From: Chiloscyllium plagiosum
Lineage: Eukaryota
Direction: 5' to 3'
Assembly (NCBI RefSeq): GCF_004010195.1
Contig: NC_057718.1
Location: 27,768,487-27,788,486, forward strand
DNA: 20,000 nucleotides
Of this stretch, positions 1 through 10,579 are shown piece by piece. Within the stretch, counting starts at the first letter, position 1. Each line of letters starts with the position of its first letter. A program made the position numbers and the translations under genes. The notes under the pieces were generated by a model, which worked only from the letters and a program-made list of their open reading frames with translations, was not told the DNA's origin and did no database searches.

Positions 1-284
1 GAAAATAGACAAGTTTTTTCTCTAGGGTGGGGGAGGGGTAAGATTTAAATGGGACGTAAGGGGCAACGTTTTCATGCAGAGGGTGGTGCGTGTATAGAAT
101 GAGCTGCCGGAGGCTGGAAGAATTACAACGTTTAAAAGGCATCTGGATGGGTATATGAATAGAAAGAGTTTAGAGGGATATGGGCCAAGTGCTGGCAAAT
201 GGGACTAGATTAATTTAGGATATCTAGTCAGCATGGACGAGTTGGACGGAAGGTCTGTTTACATGCTATACATCTCTATGATTC
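1..284 (+). mobile_element. CR1/HER1-like LINE 3' end fragment (end of ORF2 plus 3' UTR)
   Basis: Contains the typical CR1 3' sequence (agggtggtgcgtgtatagaatgagctgcc...aggcatctggatgggtatatgaat) and the tail gcatggacgagttggacggaaggtctgttt...ctctatgattc. Homologous to the minus-strand copy starting at 3738. Confidence 0.85.
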
Positions 285-1519
285 AAAATAGGTATCAGGA
301 AGAATGAACTTTATGAAAGCTCACTAGTTTCTAGTTTTGAAAAATATGTTGCTGCTGGAATTGAAGATGGCTAGCAGCTCCTGGAAGTGAAACCTCTGCC
401 CTTAAAGAAAGGAACCCTGATGGTTGCCATTTATTGCTTTATTGCCACAGAATTGTACTGACACTTCAAATGTTGGGCCTGGCTTTTTATCCCACTAACA
501 GGATCACCACTGCCCTAATAAAATTCAGTTCCTGATGACACCCAGCGATGATGCACTGCCAATTAGCATTTAATGATCACATGTTGAATTGATTTCATCA
601 AACACTGAACTGTCATAGTCTTACTACATTATGTTTGCTCTCAATTTCACCTGATTTGAAGTTCTTCCTTTGGAACAAGTCCTTAGCAGGATCAGATAGA
701 AAAGATGAGGTAGCAGCTTGAGGATAATGAACACTTTTGAGCATATATCGTCTCATGACACCTGTGCACTTTCCAGAGTCTTGTGTTACAAATAGAAGTG
801 TACAGGGTGAGGAATACATCATTCTAGCAAGGCTAGGTACTCGAAATGAGGTAGAATTTTCATTTCTGATAGCAAGTGGGAGGCAGGTTGAAAAGCAGGA
901 GGTTCTTCGGGTGATCAGGCAGGTTTTGTCACTTGATTATGTTGTTTTACATTAATTACATATCAATGCTTGGGTAAAAGGTGAAGTTTTAGGGGTGGGC
1001 AGCCAGAAAGTTCTGGCCTATGCTGGCACCTCCAAGGCTCCAGCATCCAGAAACCATATTTAAAAAGCATCCATTAGACAGCACTTTCTGCAACCTAGGA
1101 GCATCGCTCAATCTTTGCTTAACACATCCCACTCCGTGCAAGCTGGCCTGCACCCTCTGGTTCTAAGTTTACTGATGAGGAAGCAAAGCATCACCTTGGT
1201 AGCTTAATGTGACAATGGCACAGAGCTAACTACTCACAGCCAGCGGAGAGTTACAGGTGAGTCTGAAGGGGAAATTGGAGAAGTTAGAAGTTCGGATTCG
1301 TTTCAAAGTACCCCTGTCAGACCATTCCCTTCCACTCAGTCACAGCAGCATATAGTTGCCTTTGCCTCAATGAATGAGTCTACCCCTGGAAAGATGCAGA
1401 TGAAGCAACCTTTGACAGAAGCCTCACAAACTCTAAAATCTACCGGATGCCATCATGGGCACCTGTGTATCAAAGCAAGGGAACAGCAAGCATGTTTGAT
1501 AATACTATGCAGGAGTAAT

Positions 1520-2090
1520 CCTGTTAATTGCATAAAGGAATTCAGTTAGATGCCTAGAACATATCAATGGGTGAAACTCTATAGGGGTCTGAACAACGTG
1601 TTATTGCTGGACAGTGGCAAATTACCAAAGGAAATTATAGCTTGTTAAACACCACAACCCAACTCATTAATTTTAGCTTCCCACTTTAATAAATGCTCTG
1701 AACAAACTAGACATTGAGATTCTCAACATGGAGGTCAGAGCAGGTGCCTGGTGACACAAGTCTACCACTACAGCTAAAGGAACGCAATACTGGACATTGT
1801 CTCTACTATTTGGGCACTGGGCACATATAACCCTGTACATGAACATTGGCATCCAACATGTGCCAGCTTAAGAACCCTAAAGGCAAGGTTTTGATCCACT
1901 TTGGTACACTTCCATGCTTCACCGCTGCGCCTTGATTTGCACCAGTCACTTTCATTGTAATACTGCTGAAAGGACACTGTGCACTGAGGGAACACACACC
2001 TAGCTCATGTACTTGACCAGGCTGTACATCTGCAGGTGCAAAGGAGGCTATTCTTTCGGTGGATATTCAGTATGTGGCGGGTTATTCTGG
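1520..2090 (-). mobile_element. Possible highly decayed PIF/Harbinger transposase relic
   Basis: Minus-strand peptide scraps across shifting frames (ITMKVTGA, AWKCTKV, LGF..VQGYMC, MLRISMSSLF, TPIEF) occur in the same order as Harbinger transposase motifs (VAVKVTAA, AHKCIKQV, GF..VQGVIDC, ILRQS..LF, TIEQ). Judged by eye only. Confidence 0.3.
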
Positions 2091-2354
2091 AAACAGTAAG
2101 GTGGGGATAGAATTGGATGAGAGGGATTGCGTAGGGGTGGAGGATGTAGATATTAAGGCTCATGTAGTAAGATACAGTGAGAAATTTTACTGTGTCTCAA
2201 GGCGAAACTCCCTCCAAAAATCTTCCTCAAAACAATGTGAGATTCAGTCCAAAGTTTCAAATAATGTTTTTTTTTTAAAATTAAAGAATGTGTGATGCTT
2301 AGTCCTCATTCTTGAGGTCTTTACTTTGTTCCATTCCCCATTCACCCTGGTTAC

Positions 2355-2854
2355 NNNNNNNNNNNNNNNNNNNNNNNNNNNNNNNNNNNNNNNNNNNNNN
2401 NNNNNNNNNNNNNNNNNNNNNNNNNNNNNNNNNNNNNNNNNNNNNNNNNNNNNNNNNNNNNNNNNNNNNNNNNNNNNNNNNNNNNNNNNNNNNNNNNNNN
2501 NNNNNNNNNNNNNNNNNNNNNNNNNNNNNNNNNNNNNNNNNNNNNNNNNNNNNNNNNNNNNNNNNNNNNNNNNNNNNNNNNNNNNNNNNNNNNNNNNNNN
2601 NNNNNNNNNNNNNNNNNNNNNNNNNNNNNNNNNNNNNNNNNNNNNNNNNNNNNNNNNNNNNNNNNNNNNNNNNNNNNNNNNNNNNNNNNNNNNNNNNNNN
2701 NNNNNNNNNNNNNNNNNNNNNNNNNNNNNNNNNNNNNNNNNNNNNNNNNNNNNNNNNNNNNNNNNNNNNNNNNNNNNNNNNNNNNNNNNNNNNNNNNNNN
2801 NNNNNNNNNNNNNNNNNNNNNNNNNNNNNNNNNNNNNNNNNNNNNNNNNNNNNN
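2355..2854. other. Assembly gap (500 N)
   Basis: Run of N. Confidence 1.
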
Positions 2855-2911
2855 TGATTTTTTTTAAATTTAGTTTGTGTCCCTACTGCAATGTTGAACA
2901 GATCTTATCAA

Positions 2912-3102
2912 GATTAGGAAGTGCCAGTGTTTGACTGGGGTGTACAAAGTTAGAAATCACACAACACCAGGTTATAGTCCAACAGGTTTATTTGGACGCC
3001 CTAGCTTTCGGACAACCACCTGATGAAGGAGCAGCGCTCTGAAAGCTAGTGCTTCAAATAAACCTCTTGGACTATAACCTGGTATTATGTGATTTTTAAC
3101 TA
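2912..3102. mobile_element. Short fold-back Penelope-like terminal-repeat element, family A
   Basis: Imperfect inverted repeat about 2948-3012 / 3038-3101 with a one-sided extension at 2912-2947. Flanked by AGATCTTATCAA (2900-2911) and AGATTTTATCAA (3103-3114), an 11/12 TSD. The same terminal sequence recurs at 4242 and 7341. Confidence 0.8.
3017..3051 (+). ncRNA. Minimal type I hammerhead ribozyme-like motif
   Basis: cac-CTGATGA-a-ggagc-agc-gctct-GAAA-GC-TA-gtg: conserved CUGANGA and GAAA core, stem II, stem I cac/gtg, and palindromic AGCU in place of helix III, as described for Penelope minimal hammerheads. Confidence 0.7.
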
Positions 3103-3217
3103 AGATTTTATCAAAGTTGTAAAGAGAGTGGCCAACCATGAAACCACTAAACCTGGGCAACTTTGTGATGCACATCAAGTGACCTAAGCACAGGTGAAAT
3201 GATCGCCACCACATATT

Positions 3218-3421
3218 GGGGGCGGGGGGGCGGGGAGAGTGGAAGAGGGATCAAACACATTATGACACCTGCACGTACACAGTGGTCTCCAATGCCACAG
3301 AATCTCCAACAAGGAGGCAGGGAGTAAACAAACCTGACTTTTGTGTCTCTGTTGTGTGGAAGTTACTCAGGCAGGGAAAGGAACAAACACAGTCCCCTCG
3401 TGCTCTCTTCTCCAGGTAAGT
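3218..3421 (+). promoter_or_regulatory. GC boxes, forkhead-like site and strong 5' splice site preceded by a polypyrimidine tract
   Basis: Two GGGCGG motifs at 3218-3235, GTAAACAAA at 3324-3332, and tcccctcgtgctctcttctccAG|GTAAGT with the junction at 3415/3416. Confidence 0.3.
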
Positions 3422-3737
3422 GGACTATTAGACTAAAGTACACACAGAATCTTACCAGAAATCTGCAAAGTGTCTGTTTTATTGAGTTTCTTGGAGGGTT
3501 TTCTCTCTTTGGGGCCTTATGAGCTTTTTACTCCATTAGCTCAAACCTGTCTCATTACATGCCTCATGCACCTACTGTCCCTTCCCCCCCACTCATATGA
3601 TTCACTCACTCTCTGTAAGCAGAAGTAACACCACTCCTGGGAATACCCAGGATTCCTGGCACTAATGCCATTTTTAAAAGGCCATTGTGCATCGGTCAAA
3701 GGCTGGCAGTCCAGAACTGTCCTATGCAGTTCATGTT

Positions 3738-4657
3738 ATAGAGTCGGAGAGTCATGGAGTTGTACAGCATGGAAACAGACCTTTCGGTCCAATTCGTCCA
3801 TGCAGACCATATATCCTCACCTAATATAGTCTCAATTGCCAGCATATCCCTCTGAACCCTTCCTATTCTTATACCCATCTAGATGCCTTTTAAATGCTGT
3901 AATTGTACGTGCCTCCACCACTTCCTGTGGCAGCTCAATCCATACATGCACCATCCTTTGCATGAGAAAGCTGCCCCTCAGGTCCCTTTTAAATCTTTCC
4001 CCACTCACCCTAAACCTAATGCCCTCTGGTTTTGGACTCTCCCACCCTAGGGAAAATACCTTGTCTATTTATACTACCCATGCCCCTCATGATTTTATAA
4101 ACCTCTATAAAATCACCCCTCCACCTCCAACGCTCCAGGGAAAACAGCCCCAGCCTGTTCAGCCTCTCCCTGTAGCTCAAATCCTCCAACCCTGGCAACA
4201 TCCTTGCAAATCTTCTCTGAAACCTTTCAAGTTTCACAACATTAAAAATCACACAACACCAGGTTATAGCCCAACAGGTTTAATTGGAAGCACTAGCTGT
4301 CGGAGTGCTGCTCCTTCATCAGGTGGTTGTGGAGTACACAATTGTAAGACACAGAATTTATAGCAAAAGTTTACAGTGTTATGTAACTGAAATTATACAT
4401 TGAAAAATACCTTGATTGTGTGTTAAGTCTCTCATCTGTGAGAGTGACCATGTTAGTTTCATTTCATATGTAAATCATAAAACATTTTTAAAAAGTTACA
4501 TTCTCGGATTAACTTTAACAACACCCTTCCGATATGACGGAGACCAGAATTGCATGCAATATTCCAAAGTGGCCTAATCCCTGTCCTGCACAGCCGCAAC
4601 ATGACCTCCCAACTTCTGTACTCAATGCTTTCACCAATAAAGAAAAGCATACCAAAC
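3738..4657 (-). mobile_element. CR1/HER1-like LINE 3' fragment, interrupted by an insertion at 4242-4517
   Basis: Minus-strand translations give CR1 ORF2 C-terminal motifs (KLERFQRRFARMLPGLEDLSYRERLNRLGLFSLE...GDFIEVYKIMRG; FGMLFFIGESIEYRSWEVMLRL). The 3' tail lies at 3738-3810. Confidence 0.92.
4242..4517 (-). mobile_element. Penelope-like terminal-repeat fragment (family A) nested in CR1
   Basis: Starts ttaaaaatcacacaacaccaggttatag, as at 2950. Flanked by ACAACA (4236-4241, 4518-4523), with CR1 continuing on both sides. Carries a minus-strand hammerhead-like motif at 4291-4325 with GAAA mutated to GACA. Confidence 0.8.
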
Positions 4658-4789
4658 CCAGATATGGCATATAAGGAGAAATTGGTGCCCATCACTTTGC
4701 AAACAGTCACCAGAAGATTCTGGTAGCTGGGATGGTGCAGAGGAAGGCTGACCTCTTCTTCCAGGGTCTGTCTGCCTGGACTTCCAAAA

Positions 4790-4908
4790 GAGAATTGTAT
4801 AAACAAAGAGTTGGAGGACTGAAGGGAAAACAAAGGAAGTGTGACTAAATGAGTTGTTTTCTCAGAGAACTGTCATGGACATGATGGGTTAAATGGCCTC
4901 ATGTGTAA
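4790..4908 (+). mobile_element. Old LINE 3' tail relic (CR1-like)
   Basis: agagaactgtcatggacatgatgggttaaatggcctc resembles the conserved CR1-group tail stem-loop region. Heavily diverged. Confidence 0.4.
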
Positions 4909-6016
4909 GAAAGAAGTTATGCTTCTAATTGTTCCTAGTCATTATGAGAATTATTTTAACTTAATTTCATTTTTCACTTGACAAAATCGTAAGATAGGTT
5001 CAGATACGCAGGTCCTACATCTGAGTTGGAAACAAATAAAATGTCTGCAAGGCATCTGATCAGTCCTAACAGTCAATATCTCAATCCCTGATTCCTTCAA
5101 ATATGGAACCAATTTTCCTGTGAAAGCATTTACATTATTTTCCTTTAATGTCTCTAATCGACGTACTCACTGTACAAAAAAACAGATAAATCTCAACTCA
5201 TTTCTCAGCTGTAAACCTTCAGTGCTTTCTCTAGGTTCGGGGGTTTATAGCAATCTCAATCATGTTATCAGGCTTTGCTTTATTCTATCCAGTGGCTTAG
5301 GAAACCTAAATACTTGAACATTATCTTCACTGAGTGTTGTCTTCTCTTAGATTTTTCAGCTTCCCCCTCATGTCTCAGATGCCTTAACCGGATTACTGTT
5401 TGCCGATCCTCTCTTCCACACCACCTTCTTGCATGGAATGGTGCACAGACATCAAATATGACTGTACCAATGTCATATACATTCATGTAGGGCTGGATTT
5501 GATGCAACCCATCAAAGTGGGAACCTTAGCAGCTAGGTCCACCTAATAGCAGCAGAAGTCCAATATCAAATCCTCAGCTGATTAAGTCAAAGAGAGGAAA
5601 GGACTGATACAGAATTCCTAGCCACTGGTAGTGGGATGTTAGTAAGGCGAATATATGGGCCAACTAACACCCATTGCCCCAAACCCACCATAATTCAATG
5701 ATAATTAATGGATTAAAAAAGAGCCACACACTTCCCCATGCCACCTGAAGACTACCCAGCAAACTCTGTCCATCTCCTGGAGAAGGGGAGTGGGAGTTCC
5801 TGCCTTACCTGATTAAGGGATCCAGAAAGGGGAAAGTTCAGGGTAGGGGCTGCATTAAATCACCCCTTTGTTCTTTCCTTCAATCCACATTCCCCATTGC
5901 AATTTCCATGATGCCTTTGATTACTTTTGGCCTTGGGACCCTTACCAATCCTGAGCCTCTACTGGATGCATTCTTCAAAGCTCCCCTTTCAATAGAGAGT
6001 TGATGGCCACTGAGTT

Positions 6017-6541
6017 ACATAGAACATAGAACAATACAGCACAGAACAGGCCCTTCGGCCCACGATGTTGTGCCGAACATTTGTCCTAGCTTAAGCACCC
6101 ATCCATGTACCTATCCAATTGCCGCTTAAAGGTCACCAAAGATTCTGACTCTANNNNNNNNNNNNNNNNNNNNNNNNNNNNNNNNNNNNNNNNNNNNNNN
6201 NNNNNNNNNNNNNNNNNNNNNNNNNNNNNNNNNNNNNNNNNNNNNNNNNNNNNNNNNNNNNNNNACCAAGGTCCTGTACAGTTGCAACATCACTTCACGA
6301 CTCTTGAATTCAGTCCCTCTGCTAATGAACGCTAATACACCATAGACCTTCTTACAAGCTCTATCCACCTGAGTGGCAACTTTCAAAGACCTATGAACAT
6401 AGACCCCAAGATCCCTCTGTTCCTCCACCTCACTAAGAACCCTACCGTTAACCCTGTATTCCGCATTCTTATTTGTCTTTCCAAAATGGACAACCTCACA
6501 CTTGGCAGGGTTGAACTCCATCTGCCACTCCTCAGCCCAGT
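6017..6541 (-). mobile_element. CR1-like LINE 3' fragment spanning an assembly gap
   Basis: ORF2 motifs WAEEWQMEFNPAKCEVVHFG...EQRDLGVYVHRSLKVATQVDRACKKVYGVLAFISRG...KSREVMLQLYRTL, with a (CATAGAA)n tail at 6017-6035. Confidence 0.92.
6154..6264. other. Assembly gap (111 N)
   Basis: Run of N. Confidence 1.
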
Positions 6542-6692
6542 TGCTAGGATAGCTCAACCATGGCTCCTCAGGTACCTAATGAATAGTTAGAACTGACAGG
6601 ATTTCCCTGCTGCTTCCCTAACCAGTGGGTAAAATCTTCGTTGGATGGATGAGATCTTAACTTATCAACTCCCTGGGTTGTTAGCGAGGTCT

Positions 6693-6909
6693 AAGCTGAA
6701 ACTTTATTGCTGGAACAGCACAGCAGGTCAGGCAGCATCTAGGGAACAGAAGATTCGACGTTTCGGGCACATGCCCTTCTTCAGGAAGTTTCGGGCATGT
6801 GCCCGAAACGTCGAATCTTCTGTTCCCTAGATGCTGCCTGACCTGCTGTGCTGTTCCAGCAATAAAGTTTCAGCTTTGATCTCCAGCGTCTGCAGACCTC
6901 ACTTTCTCC
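6693..6909. mobile_element. Short fold-back Penelope-like element, family B
   Basis: Perfect 84-bp inverted repeat (6693-6776 / 6793-6876) with a 16-nt spacer and a 33-bp one-sided extension. Perfect 14-bp TSD TGTTAGCGAGGTCT (6679-6692, 6910-6923). The arm is homologous to the terminus of the Penelope fragment at 9957. Confidence 0.9.
6753..6787 (-). ncRNA. Minimal type I hammerhead ribozyme-like motif
   Basis: Minus strand reads ttc-CTGAAGA-a-gggc-atgt-gccc-GAAA-CG-TC-gaa: intact core, GUC cleavage triplet, palindromic ACGU helix III. Confidence 0.7.
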
Positions 6910-6972
6910 TGTTAGCGAGGTCTCCCTAAATAGGGCATAGATATTCTAGGTGCTATGACATGCAACTCCAGA

Positions 6973-7042
6973 TTACATTTCGTTACATTACATTTCACAT
7001 TTTATATATTACATTTTACAATTTATTCTGCACATTACATTT
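6973..7042 (+). repeat. Degenerate (TTACA)n low-complexity repeat
   Basis: Repeated ttacat/ttacattt units. Confidence 0.6.
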
Positions 7043-7340
7043 TCTTGCGTATTCCATGACATCCCTCCTACTTGGACATAGCGTTGACTTGTGAACAGAG
7101 GGACAGAGCGAGATTAGGGTGAGAGGGCACATAAGGGAAGAGTGGAATGAAGGTGGAGATAGCGAAGAGGATAAATTTATTAGGTAGCTATTAGGCCACT
7201 GGAGTAAACACTCCTTCTCCTGGCCCACAAGCTGGAAGGGAATCCTCATGGATTCAGCTTTCTCCTTTAAGCTGCTGAATTTCCCTGAGGTTTGGGAAAC
7301 CCAAATGCCTGCAGGTAAAATTAAACTAACTGAATGTAAT

Positions 7341-7434
7341 TAAAAATTGCATAACACCAGGTTATAGTCCAATTGTTGTCCAGAGTGATATTTAACTTTG
7401 TCCACCCTGGTCCAACACCAGCACCTCCAAGTCA
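7341..7434. mobile_element. Collapsed 94-bp family A Penelope-like element
   Basis: Start of the arm (aacaccaggttatagtccaa) is joined to the tail (taactttgtccaccctggtccaacaccagcacctcc, the reverse complement of 2916-2951). Perfect 14-bp TSD TAACTGAATGTAAT (7327-7340, 7435-7448). Confidence 0.8.
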
Positions 7435-7654
7435 TAACTGAATGTAATACTTAACTTCCCAGTCTGGTTCCTACAAATCGGTTGTGCATCTCCTATCCTG
7501 CTTCCATTAAGATGTTATCAGGTGTGAAGCGGGATTTATTCTTGCTCCAGAGTATTTGTATTTTAATCTCTGATAGCATTCCATTTTTGAAGTTAAGTTT
7601 CAGCTCAGTGCTTTTACCGGCTGGTGAATGGGGAACAAGGGAATAGCGAATGAG

Positions 7655-7800
7655 GAATATCACTTAAAAGAGTTAGGGCAAAGGAGTCTTTCTGAATTGA
7701 AGACAATGTGGGATGCTTCATTTTCTGTGGTTAGTGAAATGGAGGCTCAAAGGTTATTCAAGAGAATTGGATAAATATTTGATAAAGAGGAATTGTTAAA
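7655..7800 (+). mobile_element. Old LINE 3' relic
   Basis: ggaggctcaaaggttattcaagagaattggataaatatttg resembles the CR1 ORF2 end (EA...FKRELDKYL). Confidence 0.35.
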
Positions 7801-9956
7801 AAAAACTGAGAAAGTTGGATTGACTAAAAGTGAGGCTCCCACTTGTCACTTTCAAACCAAGCCTGAGTCCAATGAGATGCAAAGCAAGATCAGACCAAGT
7901 AATTATGCCATTGACTGGAGAAGCTGCCACAGCCTAGAAGCAGTGCAGATTGACTCTGGTAAAATTGTTGTAGAATATTGGAGTGCTAATGCTATTGCTA
8001 CCAATTACATATGGATGATCACGTTATGAGTAGGACCTGTGTTAGCAGCATTACTTTTGGCTATCAGTACAATTTCAATGAGCTGCCATTAGTTGCAAGT
8101 GAAATTGAACTTTTTCCCATCTGTAATTCTCCCCTGTGAGTAAATTCCCACATTTTTTTTACCTTCACTGCCCTTCCATCAGTTTCTCTTATTTACCTCA
8201 TGGCTCGTTCATCCTGGCAGGCTGGGAGGGCTGCTAGGCTCACTTGGAAAACTATGGCCCCAGCTTACCACCAGGTTCCTACCTCCAACCACCCAAGCAG
8301 ATCTACACCAGTGTGGGAAACTATACACTTACTGGAAAACAGCAGTCAGCCTCCATTCATTGGTGCTAACTAGGTTCTTAATGATCTTAATCAGTTCCCT
8401 GCATTATGGGAGTTGGTAGTTTTGCCGGACCTAGGGCTGATGTGGGTACCAAAGACTGCTGTGATAGAACTGTGTTCCAGTTTGTGGGTTATTGGCATTA
8501 GCATTGGGGAAAATAGGGACTGCAGCTTTGGGTTAGTCTACTGTGCAGGGGCCAGTGTTTCAGCAAGCCATATACCTACCAAAGTGGAAAGGGCTTTAAA
8601 TCAAACAAAGAGGGCGAATCAATGAATAATCATTGCACCCAGCTCACGTATATTGGAACTAGGTGTCAGTTAAGGCTAGTCTGGCTTGTTGTGCTTTAGA
8701 CTGTACCTCCGGTTTAATGCCCTAATCTTCCTCCTCCAAAGACTAATACCCTTTGTTTCCTGTTCCAGTTTTACAGAGCACAGCATGTTTGGATTATGTG
8801 GCGGACTGTCTGGAGTGTACAACAAGGCCCCCTCTAGACCAATCGAAACATTGGAACTTCATCTTCAGGAGACCTACCATCTGCTCCACTATGGCCCTGG
8901 TTGAACAATGGGCGACATTGCATTCACACACTCAGCCTTAGCCAGAAGATCATATAACTGAACCTTCAGCCATGGTCACAGAGGGTAATACATGCCCCAC
9001 TAATTATCTTTATAAAGCATCCAGCCCTTGAAGTAAAGCAGGGACATGAGAGTTCTCAAGAGCATAGGCATTAGGCAGCTCAACAGTTACTGAGAGCAGA
9101 CCTCTAAGATGTGATACGGAAGATAAGAGATTGTTTTTACATTGATGGGGTGGAACCCTTTTCTATTGACAAAGTCTGTTGAGTTATGATATCGCACTCA
9201 CAAGGTGATGTGTGTACTGTATAAGCGATCATTCCCTGCACCTGGAGAAGACAGCTATATTGACATGTAGTATTGACTTCATTTCATTGCATTGGTAACA
9301 GCCTTCAAGGGCCATGGGATCCCATACAGGTACCCAGTGGATCCTCGGAAGCAGCCAGTTATCACCTTGACAGCCACCAGGTCATCCACCCTTTCAAATT
9401 GCAGACTCTACCCCAGCAGTCGGTATTCTTCTGTGACAGTATCCTCAGACATACCAGTCTAAAGCAACACTGCACCTCGCTCATTAGGGGTAAATGGTAC
9501 GGAGGACAATAGGCTCTGAGTTTCCAGTACCTTCCACGTGTTCCCACATATTTCTCATTTTCATCTCTCAACATTACCCCTGAGCCCCAGTCCTAGCTGT
9601 GTCAACTCTTCTGCTTCCCTGTCTTCTCCCATCCTGTACCTCAGCATGTTGCCTCCCATCTCCAGAATTGACTTCCCCAACTTTTCAACCATAGCATTCA
9701 CCCCTGATAATGATGCCTCCTGTTAATTTTAATTGAGCAAACCCTCAGACTGACGGAGGCCCACCACACTGTTTGATTTGGATAGGCAGCCCTGACTGAT
9801 ACATAACCAGACGCCTGGCTTTTCCCACTACAGTTGCCTGCCTGACTTCCTGAAACTCCCCTGACTGGATGCACTGGTGCAGCAGGACTGACAGGTCCAC
9901 TCTTGCAGAACCCCTGACCCTGAGGGCCCCACATGGATGACTGACCATGTCCAAGC

Positions 9957-10579
9957 TGAAAATGTGTTGCTGGAAAGGCGCAGCAGGTCTGGCAGCATCC
10001 AAGGATCTGGAGAATCGTCGTTTCGGGCATGAGCTCTTCTTCAGGAATGAGGAAAATGTGTCTAGCAGGCTAAGATAAAAGGTAGGGTGGAGGGACTTGG
10101 GGGAGGGGCGTTGGAAATGCGATAGGTGGAAGGAGGTTAAGGTGAGGGTGATAGGCCGGAGTGGGGGTGGGGGAGCTACACTGGCACCACCCCCCACCAT
10201 TTCCAATGCCCGAAGGGGCGGTTGGGTTGGTTGGTGTGGGTGTCCCAGAGGTGTTCTCTAAAACATTCCGCAAGTAGACGGCCTGTCTCCCAATGTAGAG
10301 GAGGCCACATCGGGTGCAGCGGATGCAATAGATGATGTGTGTGGAGGTGCAGGTGAATTTGTGGTGGATATGGAAGGATCCCTTAGGGCCTTGGAGGGAA
10401 GTAAGGGGGAGGTGTGGGCGCAAGTTTTGCATTTCTTGCGGTTGCAGGGGAAGGTGCCGGGAGTGGAGGTTGGGTTGGTGGGGGGTGTGGACCTGACGAG
10501 GGAGTCATGGAGGGAGTGGTCTTTTCGGAACGCTGATAGGGGAGGGGAGGGAAATATATCCCTGGTGGTGGGGTCTGTT
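9957..10579 (-). mobile_element. Penelope-like retroelement fragment (RT-endonuclease linker, GIY-YIG N-terminus, terminal repeat)
   Basis: Frameshifted minus-strand ORFs give PPLSAFRKDHSLHDSLVRS...GTFPCNRKKCKTC and FTCTSTHIIYCIRCTRCGLLYIG (GIY-YIG). Terminal repeat with a mutated hammerhead-like motif at about 10014-10048. Candidate TSD TCCAAGC (9950-9956, 10580-10586). Confidence 0.9.

Noticed and set aside
613..955. Short ORFs in unique sequence, likewise at 5120-5507, 7793-8029 and 8413-8941
   Set aside because: Lengths are expected by chance, with no recognisable domains or consistent exon structure.
1970..2100. EGF-like peptide on + (CTEGTHT...YICRCKGGYSFGG..C)
   Set aside because: Interrupted by stops with no clean splice boundaries. 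Likely chance, and the minus strand is better explained as a transposase relic.
2312..2934. 181-aa and 202-aa ORFs
   Set aside because: Artefacts of translation through the 500-N gap.
6693..6876. DNA-transposon MITE or miRNA gene
   Set aside because: The 14-bp TSD, asymmetric tail and homology to the Penelope terminus point to a retroelement origin. There is no evidence for miRNA processing.
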